A stretch of 64,000 nt of DNA from an uncultured Alphaproteobacteria bacterium. GTDB lineage: Bacteria > Pseudomonadota > Alphaproteobacteria > Rhizobiales > Xanthobacteraceae. Below the pieces are notes generated by a model, which was given only the letters and a program-made list of their open reading frames with translations, did no database searches and was not told the DNA's origin. The stretch is taken from positions 191,944 to 255,943 of the forward strand of contig CAWBYU010000009.1 in NCBI GenBank assembly GCA_963793165.1. Direction: 5' to 3'. Shown piece after piece: positions 1 to 12,476 of the stretch (positions within the stretch are counted from its first letter, which is position 1; each line of letters begins with the position of its first letter). Position numbers and translations under genes: made by a program.

Positions 1-627
1 GTCGACACCGGTAAGAAATTTCCGGAGATGTACGCGTTTCGCGATCGCTACGGCAAGGAATGGGAACTCGATCTCAAGATCGAACCCTGCCCGCCGCTGG
101 AAACCGTCGATCCGACCTTGCCGCCGGCCGCGCGCTCCGCCGCACGCAAGACCGAAGGCCTGAAGCTCGCGCTCGCCAAATACGGCTTCGACGGGTTGAT
201 CGCCGGCATTCGCCGCGACGAAGAGGCTACGCGTGCCAAGGAGCGGGTGTTCTCGCCGCGCGGCACCGAAGGCGGGTGGGACGTGCGCGATCAGCCGCCG
301 GAATTCTGGGACCAGTTCAACGCCTCGGTGCCGCCGGGCGCGCATTTGCGCGTTCATCCGATCCTGCATTGGACCGAGGCGGACATCTGGGCCTACACCC
401 AGCGCGAAAACATTCCGATCATTCCGCTTTATCTCGCCAAGGCGGGCAAGCGCTATCGATCGCTGGGCGACCAGGACATCACCAACCCGGTGGACTCGAC
501 CGCATCGACTATCGAGGAAATCCTGCTCGAACTCGACGGCACCAAGGTGCCGGAACGATCCGGGCGCGCGCTGGACCATGAAACCGAAGATGCCTTCGAG
601 CGACTGCGCGTCGCCGGCTATCTCTGA
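1..627 (+). CDS. cysD: Sulfate adenylyltransferase subunit 2 (CysD/NodP-like), 5'-truncated by the window edge
   Basis: Open from base 1 (VDTGKKFPEMY); motifs GIRRDEE-RAKERVFS, HPILHWTE-DIW, RYRSLGD; directly upstream of cysNC. Confidence 0.93.
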   Translation, partial: VDTGKKFPEMYAFRDRYGKEWELDLKIEPCPPLETVDPTLPPAARSAARKTEGLKLALAKYGFDGLIAGIRRDEEATRAKERVFSPRGTEGGWDVRDQPPEFWDQFNASVPPGAHLRVHPILHWTEADIWAYTQRENIPIIPLYLAKAGKRYRSLGDQDITNPVDSTASTIEEILLELDGTKVPERSGRALDHETEDAFERLRVAGYL

Positions 628-639
628 ACCGACATTGAG

Positions 640-2568
640 TTGAGCGTGCCGATGAACATGATCGTTCCCACCGCGATATCAGCGACGCCGAACGGGACCA
701 CGCGGCCGCTGGTCCGCATCGTCATCGTCGGCCATGTCGATCACGGCAAGTCGACGCTGGTCGGGCGCCTGCTGCACGAAACCGGCAGCCTGCCCGAAGG
801 CAAGCTCGACATGCTGAAAGAGGTCAGCGCGCGGCGCGGCATGCCGTTCGAATGGTCGTTTCTTCTCGATGCGCTGCAGACCGAGCGCGACCAGGGCATC
901 ACCATCGACACCACGCAGATCAGCTTCCGCACCCGCTCGCGCGACGTGGTGCTGATCGATGCGCCCGGTCACGCCGAATTCCTGCGCAACATGATCACCG
1001 GCGCTTCGCAGGCCGACGGCGCCGTGCTGATCATCGATGCGCTGGAAGGCGTGCGCGACCAGACAAGGCGCCACGGTTATCTGCTGCATCTGCTCGGCAT
1101 CAAGCAGGTCGCGGTCGTCGTCAACAAGATGGACCGTGTCGACTTCAGTGCGGCGCGTTTCAAGGAGATCAGCGACGAGATCTCCGCGCACCTGATCGAT
1201 CTTGGCGTCACGCCGACGGCCGTGATCCCGATCTCCGCGCGCGACGGCGACGGCGTCGCCGAACGCACGCCGGCCATTCGATGGTATGACGGCCCAACCG
1301 TGGTCGAAGCGCTTGATGCGCTCGAGCCGGCCCGGCCGCTGGAAGCGCTGGCGCTGCGGCTGCCGGTGCAGGCGATCTACAAATTCGACGACCGCCGCAT
1401 CGTCGCGGGCCGCATCGAATCCGGCAGCCTGACCACAGGCGACGAGATCGTCATCATGCCGGCGGGCAAGATCGCCAAGATCAAATCGGTCGAGGGCTGG
1501 CCGGCGACACCGGTCATCGGCAGCCAGAGCGGCGGCCGGTCGGTCGGCATCACGCTCGATCGCGAACTGTTCATCGAACGGGGCGATGTCATCGCCCATG
1601 TCGGAACCAGCCCGCGCGATACAAGCCGGATCCGCGCCCGTATTTTCTGGCTGCATGACAAGCCATTGACGACGGGGACCTCGATCCTGATCCGCCTCGG
1701 CACGCGGGAAACCCGCGCCACCGTCGTCGCGATCGAAAAGGCCGTCGATCCCGGCGAACTCTCGAGCGTCGAGACCAAATCGATCGCGCGCAATCATGTC
1801 GGCGAGATCGACATCTCGCTGGCGCATCCGATCGCGGCCGATCCCTACACCGACAATCCGCGCACCGGACGGCTGGTGATCGAGGTCAATGGCCGCATTG
1901 CCGGCGGCGGTCTGGTGCTTACGGTCGATGCCGGGCAACGCGCCGTTCCCGTCGATATCGTCCCGGTGGAATCCGCGTTGCGTCCCGACGAACGCTCGGC
2001 GCGCTATCGCCATGGCGGCGCGGTGGTCTGGCTGACGGGGCTGCCGGGCTCGGGAAAATCGACGCTGGCGCGCGCGCTGGAACGCCGGCTGTTCAGCCGT
2101 GGCGGCTCGCCGGTGCTGCTCGACGGCGATACCTTGCGCGCCGGGCTCAACGGTGATCTCGGCTTCTCGGCGCAGGACCGCACCGAGAACATTCGCCGGC
2201 TGGCCGAAGTCGCGACGCATCTGGCGCGCAACGGCCACATCGCCCTCGTCGCCGCGGTCTCGCCTTCGCGTGAGGATCGGGCCGCCGCCCGCCGCGTCGC
2301 CGACACCTTGTTCCGAGAGGTCTATGTCGCGACGCCTGCCGAGGTTTGCGAGAGCCGCGATCCCAAGGGCCACTACGCCAAGGCGCGCGCGGGTGCATTG
2401 CCGGCCTTTACCGGGATCGGCAATGATTACCAGCCGCCGACCGACAGCGAATTGACCATCGACACCTCGGGCCGCTCGATCACCGAGGCGAGCGACGAGA
2501 TCGAGCAGATGCTGGCGCAATCGGGCATTCTGTTCGACGAACTGGTCGACCTCGCGGCCAATATCTAG
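640..2568 (+). CDS. cysNC: Bifunctional sulfate adenylyltransferase subunit 1 / APS kinase (CysN/CysC, NodQ-like)
   Basis: GTPase motifs [18 protein letters not shown]; C-terminal APS kinase [21 protein letters not shown]; start could be 652 or 658. Confidence 0.93.
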   Translation: MSVPMNMIVPTAISATPNGTTRPLVRIVIVGHVDHGKSTLVGRLLHETGSLPEGKLDMLKEVSARRGMPFEWSFLLDALQTERDQGITIDTTQISFRTRSRDVVLIDAPGHAEFLRNMITGASQADGAVLIIDALEGVRDQTRRHGYLLHLLGIKQVAVVVNKMDRVDFSAARFKEISDEISAHLIDLGVTPTAVIPISARDGDGVAERTPAIRWYDGPTVVEALDALEPARPLEALALRLPVQAIYKFDDRRIVAGRIESGSLTTGDEIVIMPAGKIAKIKSVEGWPATPVIGSQSGGRSVGITLDRELFIERGDVIAHVGTSPRDTSRIRARIFWLHDKPLTTGTSILIRLGTRETRATVVAIEKAVDPGELSSVETKSIARNHVGEIDISLAHPIAADPYTDNPRTGRLVIEVNGRIAGGGLVLTVDAGQRAVPVDIVPVESALRPDERSARYRHGGAVVWLTGLPGSGKSTLARALERRLFSRGGSPVLLDGDTLRAGLNGDLGFSAQDRTENIRRLAEVATHLARNGHIALVAAVSPSREDRAAARRVADTLFREVYVATPAEVCESRDPKGHYAKARAGALPAFTGIGNDYQPPTDSELTIDTSGRSITEASDEIEQMLAQSGILFDELVDLAANI

Positions 2569-2747
2569 GCTTTCCACCTTCCTTATTACGGGCAGCTGAC
2601 TACGGGCAGTTGAGGCCCGCCAAGGGCCTTCTCATGGGCCCGGCTTTGGCGCTAAAAGGGCTGCCAATGCCGCCCTTTGCGGCGTCCGTTCACCATTTTA
2701 CCCCTGAAAGCAGCGCATCGTCGCTGTTTCTCGCGAGAAAACCCATC

Positions 2748-4911
<2,164 letters not shown>

Positions 4912-5244
4912 TCGCAGTCCGCCTGCACCTTCAGGCCATGCCGCCGCGTCTGACCGGAAAGATGCCCGGCGACGCCTGAGCGATATACCCGGAATACGAT
5001 CGCGGGACATTCTTGAGCGGTTTGCCGCCGCGCGTCTGTGCGGCGGATCGCTGGGCGCCGGAGCTGCAAACCGTGTTGATAACCCGCCGGCTCGGTTGAC
5101 CGCGGCAGCCTCATTACGCAATCCTGCAACCTTTGATAGTCATCCCTTTTTGATCTGATGTGAGTGCCGATCCTCTGCACTCACCATTGTTCCGAGCGCG
5201 GGCGCATCACATGCGACAGCCTGCGATCCTTGGGGGAAGCATCC

Positions 5245-7953
5245 ATGCCCAAGCGCATCATCCTGTTGTCGGACGGCACGGGAAACTCCGCCAGCAAGGT
5301 CTGGAAATCCAACGTCTGGCGTGTTTTCGAAAGCCTGGATTTAAGGGGCGAGGATCAGATCGCATTCTACGACGATGGCGTCGGGACGTCGTCGTTCAAG
5401 CCGCTTGCCATTTTGGGCGGCGTGTTCGGATGGGGTCTCAAACGCAACGTCCTCGATATCTACAAATTCCTTTGCGCGAACTACAAGCCTGGCGACGAGA
5501 TATTCGGATTTGGCTTCAGCCGCGGCGCTTTTACCATCCGCGTCGTCATCGGCCTGATTTTGAGCCAGGGGCTGGTCAGGGGCGACACCGACGCTGAATT
5601 TTATCAGAAGGCCAAAATGGCCTATCGCGCCTATCGCGCCGAGAAATTTCATACCATCTGGCGCGTGGAGTGGCTGTTTCGGAAGCTTCGCGATTTCTTC
5701 CTCTATCTGTTCGGGGTGCGTTACGAAAAAAGCGACAACCAGCAGGTAGATCGTATCGCATTTGTCGGCGTCTGGGACACCGTCGCCGCCTACGGGCTGC
5801 CGATCGATGAAATGGCGCGCGGCGTAAGCCAGTGGATCTGGCCGCTCGAACTGCCCAACCGAAGCTTCGATCTGAGGATTCAGCGCGCATGCCATGCGCT
5901 GTCGCTCGACGATGAGCGGACGACCTTTCATCCCGTGCTTTGGAATGAGAAGGATGTGCCGCCTGAGAAGCTGAGCCAGGTGTGGTTCTCCGGCGTTCAT
6001 TCGAATGTCGGCGGGGGTTATCCGGACAACTCGCTCGCTTACATTCCGCTTTACTGGATCATAAAGGAAGCGCAGGCGCGCGGCCTGAAGTTCAAGACCA
6101 TTCCGAACCAGCCGACCAATCCCGACCCCGACATGATCGCCCATGCCGAGTGGCGCCGCGACAAGGATGGCCGGCTCTACGACTCCCGCAACGGTCTTGG
6201 CGGCTATTACCGCTACGGACCGCGAAAGATCGCGGATCTAAGCCGCATGCGATTCTCGCTGCGCAAGGGCGACTTCGTCGCCAATCACCCGCCGACAATT
6301 CACGAGACGGCCATCACCCGTGCCAAGCGCGGCGCTCATCGCTACGCGCCGATCGGCATTCCGCAATCATATGCCGTTCTCTCAGATGCCGGTATTAAGC
6401 CGCAAGCAAGCATTGAAACGGACGCGCAGGCGACCGCACGATGTGCGGCGCAGGAGCAGATCTGGAATGATGTCTGGCGCCGCCGCCTCATCTACTTCGT
6501 CACGGTCTTTGCCTCGCTTTATATCGCGCTCTATCCGCTGTCGCGGATCATACCCCCGTCGGCCGAGTACTCGACGGGGCTCACCCTGGTGTCGAGCGCC
6601 ATAAGGGCGGTGGGACAGGTTCTGCCCGGCGCCCTCTCGACCTGGGTGGACGCCTATGCGCGCGACCCCAGTCATTTTCTGGTGCTCGGATTCCTGGTCG
6701 TGCTGCTGATCTGGCTCGGCGTCTGGCTCGGCAGAAAAATCGAGGACAGAATGGAGCGCGTTTGGCGCGCCACGGAGCCTGCGGTCCGATCGAAGCTCGA
6801 GATCGTTGTCGGCATTGTCGGCATCACGCTGGCTGCCTACGCTATCGCGCATGCCCATCTTCCGGCATGGCTAAGGCTGCCCAAGAGCGGCCAGGCGTTT
6901 CTGACCAGCCATATCAGCGTGTCCGTCACCATCATCCTGGTCGCGACGCTGGTCGCGCTCTTCACACCCAAATGGGCGGTCTATCACCTGCGCTCGGCGT
7001 GGTTATACAGAAAGTTCGTTCGCTTTCTGAAGCTGTATTTGTTGCCGTTCGGTTTTGCCTTCAGCTTTCTGGTTCTTGCGCTTCTGTTCGGAAGTCACCT
7101 TGCTTTCAGTATCGAGGAGGCCAACGGACTGGTCTGCGCCCAGAGCAACAACATCACCACCGCCATCGCCTCCGATCCGCGGGGTGAGTTGGGCAGGCGT
7201 GTCGAAAACCAGGGCCTGGACCTCTGCCTTTCCGCGGGTCTGGCCACCTGCGCCAGAGAGGGCGTTGCGCCGACCTGCAGCTACGGCCGCGAGGTGTTTT
7301 GCGGAGAAGGCCAGCCGATGTGCGAGCGCCGGCATAAAGCCGGCTGTGACGACACGCGCGCCAGCTGCCTCTACGACATGCCGGTTTGCCAGGTACCAAA
7401 TCCGCCTGAACCTGGAAAGCCGCCATCGACCCGCACGACCGGTCCCGCGACCTGCCCCGCCATGTGCGAGGTCGGCCCGGTCATTTCGACGCGGAAGCAA
7501 TTCGACATCAGCCAGGTTTGCCATGCGACGGGCATCTGGCTTGAGCAAGGCCAGAAATACAACATAGCGATCGCCGTGCCGGATCCGAAAGACAAGACCA
7601 ACGCCTGGAAGGACGATGGCGCCGTCGTCAGTACACGGGGAAAGCCGACGTCAGGTTTGACGCTGAAACTGAACGAACTGATCAAATGGCCGCTGAAGCG
7701 GCATCTCTTTGTGGAGCCGTTCAAGGTCGTTGCGCGCGTTGGCATGATCGGCAGCGATGAACGCGTGCTCGAGCCCGATGATGATCTCAGGTCCAATGAT
7801 CTCGACGTTCAGATCACCCCCAAGCGAAACGGGGAGTTGTTTCTCTATGTGAACGAGTCTGTCTGGGCATGGCCGGGACTTCGGAACTATTTCTATGGCG
7901 ACAATGTCGGCACGGCGACCGTAAGGGTGCAACGCGCCCGCCTCTCCAATTGA
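5245..7953 (+). CDS. DUF2235 (Tle1-like alpha/beta hydrolase) protein with several TM helices and a Cys-rich C-terminal region
   Basis: KRIILLSDGTGN, YDDGVGT, GFSRGA, GVWDTV, HALSLDDER, WFSGVHSNVGGG; ATG 5245 follows GGGGGA. Confidence 0.85.
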   Translation: MPKRIILLSDGTGNSASKVWKSNVWRVFESLDLRGEDQIAFYDDGVGTSSFKPLAILGGVFGWGLKRNVLDIYKFLCANYKPGDEIFGFGFSRGAFTIRVVIGLILSQGLVRGDTDAEFYQKAKMAYRAYRAEKFHTIWRVEWLFRKLRDFFLYLFGVRYEKSDNQQVDRIAFVGVWDTVAAYGLPIDEMARGVSQWIWPLELPNRSFDLRIQRACHALSLDDERTTFHPVLWNEKDVPPEKLSQVWFSGVHSNVGGGYPDNSLAYIPLYWIIKEAQARGLKFKTIPNQPTNPDPDMIAHAEWRRDKDGRLYDSRNGLGGYYRYGPRKIADLSRMRFSLRKGDFVANHPPTIHETAITRAKRGAHRYAPIGIPQSYAVLSDAGIKPQASIETDAQATARCAAQEQIWNDVWRRRLIYFVTVFASLYIALYPLSRIIPPSAEYSTGLTLVSSAIRAVGQVLPGALSTWVDAYARDPSHFLVLGFLVVLLIWLGVWLGRKIEDRMERVWRATEPAVRSKLEIVVGIVGITLAAYAIAHAHLPAWLRLPKSGQAFLTSHISVSVTIILVATLVALFTPKWAVYHLRSAWLYRKFVRFLKLYLLPFGFAFSFLVLALLFGSHLAFSIEEANGLVCAQSNNITTAIASDPRGELGRRVENQGLDLCLSAGLATCAREGVAPTCSYGREVFCGEGQPMCERRHKAGCDDTRASCLYDMPVCQVPNPPEPGKPPSTRTTGPATCPAMCEVGPVISTRKQFDISQVCHATGIWLEQGQKYNIAIAVPDPKDKTNAWKDDGAVVSTRGKPTSGLTLKLNELIKWPLKRHLFVEPFKVVARVGMIGSDERVLEPDDDLRSNDLDVQITPKRNGELFLYVNESVWAWPGLRNYFYGDNVGTATVRVQRARLSN

Positions 7954-7996
7954 GATAAAGCAGCGAAGCGAACGCCGACGACACGATGCCGCAGCC

Positions 7997-8021
7997 GGAA
8001 CGTTTCAACTGCCCGCCCGTT
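7997..8021 (+). promoter_or_regulatory. sigma-EcfG promoter of csbD
   Basis: GGAAC(7997-8001)-N16-CGTT(8018-8021). Confidence 0.85.
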
Positions 8022-8053
8022 GAAAGTCCATCTCAACTCAAGAGGAGACGACG

Positions 8054-8254
8054 ATGGATTGGAACCGGGTTGAAGGTAACTGGAAGCAATTCAAGGGCGC
8101 CGCCAAGGAGAAGTGGGGCAAACTCACCGACGACGATCTCAACGTGATCGAGGGCCGCCGCGAGCAGCTCGAGGGCAAGCTGCAGCAGCGCTACGGCTTC
8201 GCCAAGGATCAGATCCACAAGGACGTGGACGACTGGTTCAGCACGCTCAAGTAA
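8054..8254 (+). CDS. csbD: CsbD family stress protein
   Basis: MDWNRVEGNWKQFKG..KEKWGKLTDDDL..GKLQQRYG; RBS AGGAG. Confidence 0.93.
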   Translation: MDWNRVEGNWKQFKGAAKEKWGKLTDDDLNVIEGRREQLEGKLQQRYGFAKDQIHKDVDDWFSTLK

Positions 8255-8276
8255 GTTTTCCTGATCGGTCAAAAAC

Positions 8277-8306
8277 AAAAGCCCCGGCATTTTGCCGGGG
8301 CTTTTT
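8277..8306. terminator. Bidirectional intrinsic terminator
   Basis: AAAAGCCCCGGCA-loop-TGCCGGGGCTTTTT between convergent genes. Confidence 0.88.
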
Positions 8307-8318
8307 CGTCCGCGGATC

Positions 8319-8474
8319 CTAAAATACCGCGATGTATTTCAGCAGCGAAATCACGCCAAGGACGATCACGACCACGCGTGCGATTTGCTTGGCGCGGCCG
8401 TCGAGCGGCAGCAGGTTGATCAGATATAGAATGAGAATAACGACGAGAAATGTGACCAGCGCACCTATAAGCAT
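8319..8474 (-). CDS. Small two-TM membrane protein (51 aa, Thivi_2564-like)
   Basis: MLIGALVTFLVVILILYLINLLPLDGRAKQIARVVVIVLGVISLLKYIAVF; ATG 8474; own EcfG promoter. Confidence 0.75.
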   Translation of the reverse strand: MLIGALVTFLVVILILYLINLLPLDGRAKQIARVVVIVLGVISLLKYIAVF

Positions 8475-8517
8475 CCGAAACCCCCAGAAAATCGTGAGAC
8501 CATTTTTGATCCGGCTC

Positions 8518-8542
8518 AACGCACGGGCCGCCTTCGGGTTCC
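8518..8542 (-). promoter_or_regulatory. sigma-EcfG promoter of the small membrane protein
   Basis: Minus strand GGAAC(8542-8538)-N16-CGTT(8521-8518). Confidence 0.82.
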
Positions 8543-8666
8543 GAAGCAGGAACCGCGCGAGAGACGCAGATTCCAAAAATTGCTACCAGCGGTAGCAATA
8601 CTGGGCATAGGCACTGTCTAATTATTTACCTTTTTTGGCCTAAGTGGATGAAACTGAGGGCCTATT

Positions 8667-10760
8667 ATGCTGAACCGCCTGACCGTATCCGCGCTGCTCA
8701 AGGCAGTCATCCTCACTACGTCATTCTGCGTGGTGATCGGATTTTCGCTCAGCGCCTGGGATTCCTGGAAGCGCTTGCAATCGACAAGCCGTATCGCGCT
8801 GATCGCCGATACCTCGGCGAACCTGTTCAAGGCCATGCACAACCTGCGCACCGATCGGCCCAACACCAGCCGGCTGTTGAATTCCGATCAGCCTATCGAC
8901 AGCGACATCGATAAATATCTCCGGGGTCTTCGCGATGCGGAAATGCCCGCGATAGGCAAAGCTCTCGACCAACTCGCCTCACTCGAATTCGACGAGCAAA
9001 AGACGCTGGTGCCGGAACTGGATCGCCTGTTCAAGTCGCTCGGCACACTTCAAAAGGAATTCTGGACCGAGATGGCCAAGCCGAAGGCCTCGCGTCGCCC
9101 GGCACTGGTCAAGGAATATCTGGATACGGCGCAAGCGCTGCTTGAAACGCTGGACAAGCTGTCCGCGGCGCTGGTCGCCAACGTCAACCATCTGGATGCC
9201 ACCATCGACCAATTGCTGGCGATCAAGCAAATCGCCTGGCTGCTCCGCAACACCGCCGGCGAATCGTCGATCCTGGTTTCGAACGGGATGGCCGCCGGAC
9301 GCCTGGCCCCGGAGACTCGCCTGACCTATATGAAATTTCTTGGCGGCACTGACATCGCATGGAATGCGCTGGAACTGACAGCGTCGGGAATGCGGCTGCC
9401 GCCGGCGCTTTCCGCGGCGATTGCTGCCAACAAGACCGCTTATTTCGACCCTCAATATCTCGCGCTGCGCGATCGCGTATTGGGGGCGCTGATCGCCGGC
9501 GAGAAAACCGAACTGACGCCAAACCAGTGGAGTCCGCTCACGGTGGGACGCCTCTCCGCCGCGGTCACCGTCGCCGAAGCCGCGCTTGATGCCGCCGAGG
9601 AGCATGCCGCGGCGCTGCATTCCCGGGCCCAAAGGTCGCTGGCCCTGCAACTCGTGCTGCTGGCTGCGGCCCTTGCCCTGACATTCGGCGCCATGATAGC
9701 CGTCACCCGCCGTGTCATCAGGCCCTTGCACAGTATGCGCGACGCCATGCTGAAAGTGGCCTCCGGCGATCTGACCGTCGATACCGGGTATGGAGGGCGC
9801 CAGGACGAGATCGGCGCGCTCGCCGGCGCCCTCGAAACCTTCAAGCAACAGGCCGCGGACAAGGTCCGGATCGAACGGCAGGAGCGGGAGCGCAACGCCG
9901 GCGCCGCGGCGCGCCAGCAGGCGATCGAGACTTACGTCGGCGAATTCGAGAGCGCGGTACGGCAAACGCTGGACCAACTGAACGACGCTTCCGGTCAGAT
10001 GAGGAACACTTCGGCGGGCCTGTCGACGGTCTCCCGCCAGACCAACGAACGGGTTCAGGTCGCGCAGAAGGCGTCCGGCGATGCCTCGATGAGCGTCGAG
10101 AGCGTCGCTTCCGCGTCGGAGGAACTAAGTGTGTCCATCAACGATATCAGCCAACAGGCAGCACACGCCGCGGGCATCGCCAGCCGCGCCGTCAACCAGG
10201 CGCGGGAAACCGACGGGACCGTGCAGGGGCTCGCAACGTCGGCGAGCCGGATCGGCGAAGTCGTCGGCCTGATCAACACCATTGCCGCCCAGACTAACCT
10301 GCTGGCGCTGAACGCGACCATCGAGGCGGCCCGCGCCGGGGACGCCGGCCGGGGTTTTGCCGTGGTGGCGTCGGAGGTCAAATCGCTGGCCAGCCAGACC
10401 GCCAAAGCGACCGAGGATATCTCCGAGCAGATCTCGGACATTCAGAAAGTGGCCGGCGAGGCCATCGACGCCATCAAGGGTATCGGCAGCATCATCGGCG
10501 AGGTGAACGAGGTCGCGACCGCGATTGCGGCCGCAGTGCAGCAGCAGGGCGCGGCCACGCAGGAGATTACCCGCAGCACCCAATACGCCTCGCAAGGCAC
10601 CAAAAACGTCTCGGACAGTATTACCGGCGTCAAATCCGATGCGGATAGCGCCGCGACGGCCGCCGACGATGTCAAACGCGCTTCCAAGTCGCTGGAAACC
10701 CAGAGCCAGCAACTGGGCCATCAAGTGACCCAGTTCCTCGGAAAGATCCGCGCGGCCTGA
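8667..10760 (+). CDS. Methyl-accepting chemotaxis protein (2 TM, HAMP, signalling domain)
   Basis: DEIGALAGAL HAMP; IAAQTNLLALNATIEAARAG..GFAVVASEVKSLA. Confidence 0.95.
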   Translation: MLNRLTVSALLKAVILTTSFCVVIGFSLSAWDSWKRLQSTSRIALIADTSANLFKAMHNLRTDRPNTSRLLNSDQPIDSDIDKYLRGLRDAEMPAIGKALDQLASLEFDEQKTLVPELDRLFKSLGTLQKEFWTEMAKPKASRRPALVKEYLDTAQALLETLDKLSAALVANVNHLDATIDQLLAIKQIAWLLRNTAGESSILVSNGMAAGRLAPETRLTYMKFLGGTDIAWNALELTASGMRLPPALSAAIAANKTAYFDPQYLALRDRVLGALIAGEKTELTPNQWSPLTVGRLSAAVTVAEAALDAAEEHAAALHSRAQRSLALQLVLLAAALALTFGAMIAVTRRVIRPLHSMRDAMLKVASGDLTVDTGYGGRQDEIGALAGALETFKQQAADKVRIERQERERNAGAAARQQAIETYVGEFESAVRQTLDQLNDASGQMRNTSAGLSTVSRQTNERVQVAQKASGDASMSVESVASASEELSVSINDISQQAAHAAGIASRAVNQARETDGTVQGLATSASRIGEVVGLINTIAAQTNLLALNATIEAARAGDAGRGFAVVASEVKSLASQTAKATEDISEQISDIQKVAGEAIDAIKGIGSIIGEVNEVATAIAAAVQQQGAATQEITRSTQYASQGTKNVSDSITGVKSDADSAATAADDVKRASKSLETQSQQLGHQVTQFLGKIRAA

Positions 10761-10802
10761 TCCCCCGCGTCGGCGATTGGGCCGCCGCCGTCAGGCCCAG
10801 CC

Positions 10803-11450
10803 CTACTCCGCCGCCACCACGGGCACGTGCTGATAGCGCAAACGCACCTTGTCCGGCACCGGAGAGAAATTCAACGACGCGCCGCGCTTGTCGGCGCTTC
10901 GGCCTGCGACCATCAACCCGTCGCTGCCGGCAACGATATCGCCCTTGCGAAGCGTTGGATCGTTCTCGATTTTGACCGGCGCCAGACCGATCTGGTCCTT
11001 GCCGTTGCAGGTGCAGCCCGCGACCAGCTCGTTCCGGTAACGAAATGCATTCGGCAGCTCGGAATAAGGCTTGCCGCTCTCGGTGGCGGCGGTATCGATA
11101 CTGTCGCCGTAAACGATCTTGGTATCGCTGGCCGGACAAAAACTATTGCACGAAGCTGCCCGGCTCTGATTGTCGGACGCCGAGATCGGAAAATAGCGCC
11201 CGTCGCAGGTTCGCACGCAATAGGCCTGGGAGCCGCCGGAATAGCTGGGGCGCGAACGGGAGACCTCGCCCCGCGGAGGGGCCGGATTGATCTCGCCAAA
11301 CGGCATCATGGCTGCACGGGGACGTCCTCCCTCGAACCCGCCGAACAGCGCGGAGAAGAAGTCCTCGGCCTGCACGGCCGGAGCCAGCGCCACCGCCCAC
11401 AGCGACGTCGCGGCGATGAACCCCAGCCGTCTGCCCGATATCCAGCTCAT
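10803..11450 (-). CDS. DUF2865 family secreted protein
   Basis: Signal peptide; YCVRTCDGRYFP, CNSFCP, Y..LPNAFRYR, CTC, DPTLRKGDIV. Confidence 0.8.
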   Translation of the reverse strand: MSWISGRRLGFIAATSLWAVALAPAVQAEDFFSALFGGFEGGRPRAAMMPFGEINPAPPRGEVSRSRPSYSGGSQAYCVRTCDGRYFPISASDNQSRAASCNSFCPASDTKIVYGDSIDTAATESGKPYSELPNAFRYRNELVAGCTCNGKDQIGLAPVKIENDPTLRKGDIVAGSDGLMVAGRSADKRGASLNFSPVPDKVRLRYQHVPVVAAE

Positions 11451-11478
11451 GTCCAGCTCCGAAACGAAGTTGCCAGGC

Positions 11479-12279
11479 TCAGTTCAGCGACGATGTCGAA
11501 AGGTTCATCGCATGGCGGCCCGCGGATGACGGGGTAGCGACAGAACGCGCCGACACGGCGGTTGGACGAACCGGGACGGCCCCCTTGCTTTCCGCGGCCT
11601 TGGCGGCGAGGTGCGGGGCATTTTTCGGCAGCACCACGACCTTGGTGCCGACATTGACGCGGCTGAACAGGTCGGCGACGTCTTCATTGGTCAGGCGGAT
11701 GCAGCCCGAGGAAACAAATTTGCCGATGGTCGAGGGATCGTTGGTGCCGTGAATGCGATATTGGCTGGAGCCGAGATACATCGCCCGCGCGCCCAGGGGA
11801 TTGCCGGGGCCTCCCGCCACGAAACGCGGCAGATAAGGCTGCCGTGCGATCATTTCCGCCGGCGGATACCAATCCGGCCATTCCGCCTTGCGGCTGACGG
11901 TCTGCACGCCGGCCCAGGTGAACCCTTCGCGGCCGACGCCGACGCCGTACCGGATCGCGCGGCCCTGGCCCAGCACAAAATAAAGCGCGGTGTTGCCGGT
12001 ATCGATCACCACGGTGCCGGGCGCCTCACTGGTGTTGAAGGCAACGGTCGCGCGCCGCAGCCGCTCGGGCACGACGCTTGAGGAGCCATCGCCTTCGTCC
12101 GGCGTCACCATGACATCGTCCGAGGGAAAGGAGTTTTGCGGGGCGTCGGCGTAGCCGAGCACCTGCGCGTTGGCCGCGCCGCAGAGGAAGGCGGGCGCCG
12201 ACAACAATGCCCCGGCGAAGATCAGCGCGCTCGTTGCGCGCAACGAAAGTCTGCGATTGCCTGCGAAATTCGATGCCAT
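11479..12279 (-). CDS. L,D-transpeptidase (ErfK/YkuD family)
   Basis: YGVGVGREG, WPDWYPP, NPLGARAMYL, IHGTN..SSGCIRL; start 12279 or 12291. Confidence 0.92.
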   Translation of the reverse strand: MASNFAGNRRLSLRATSALIFAGALLSAPAFLCGAANAQVLGYADAPQNSFPSDDVMVTPDEGDGSSSVVPERLRRATVAFNTSEAPGTVVIDTGNTALYFVLGQGRAIRYGVGVGREGFTWAGVQTVSRKAEWPDWYPPAEMIARQPYLPRFVAGGPGNPLGARAMYLGSSQYRIHGTNDPSTIGKFVSSGCIRLTNEDVADLFSRVNVGTKVVVLPKNAPHLAAKAAESKGAVPVRPTAVSARSVATPSSAGRHAMNLSTSSLN

Positions 12280-12310
12280 GTGCTGCCCCATCGGATGCTG
12301 TTGACAAGCC

Positions 12311-12335
12311 AACGCGATGGGTGCCTCGCGGTTCC
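12311..12335 (-). promoter_or_regulatory. sigma-EcfG promoter of the L,D-transpeptidase
   Basis: Minus strand GGAAC(12335-12331)-N16-CGTT(12314-12311). Confidence 0.82.
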
Positions 12336-12392
12336 GCCGGACGCCGATTTGAGACCGGCCTGTCAAGCCGCCGTGTTTCACGTCTCCGCGAT

Positions 12393-12417
12393 GGAACCTT
12401 TCCCGGCAGGTCACGTT
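12393..12417 (+). promoter_or_regulatory. sigma-EcfG promoter of the AI-2E transporter
   Basis: GGAAC(12393-12397)-N16-CGTT(12414-12417). Confidence 0.82.
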
Positions 12418-12476
12418 ATGCAGCCCTCACAGTCCAGTTCGGAGCGCGACGTCATCGCCGTCACGCTGGGAGAATC

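Noticed and set aside
1-2568. cysD-cysNC as symbiotic nodPQ
   Set aside because: No nod genes, nod box or sulfotransferase in the window; cannot be distinguished from housekeeping sulfate activation.
5133-5146. FNR/FixK-like box TTGAT-N4-ATCCC upstream of the DUF2235 gene
   Set aside because: Two mismatches in the right half-site; no other support.
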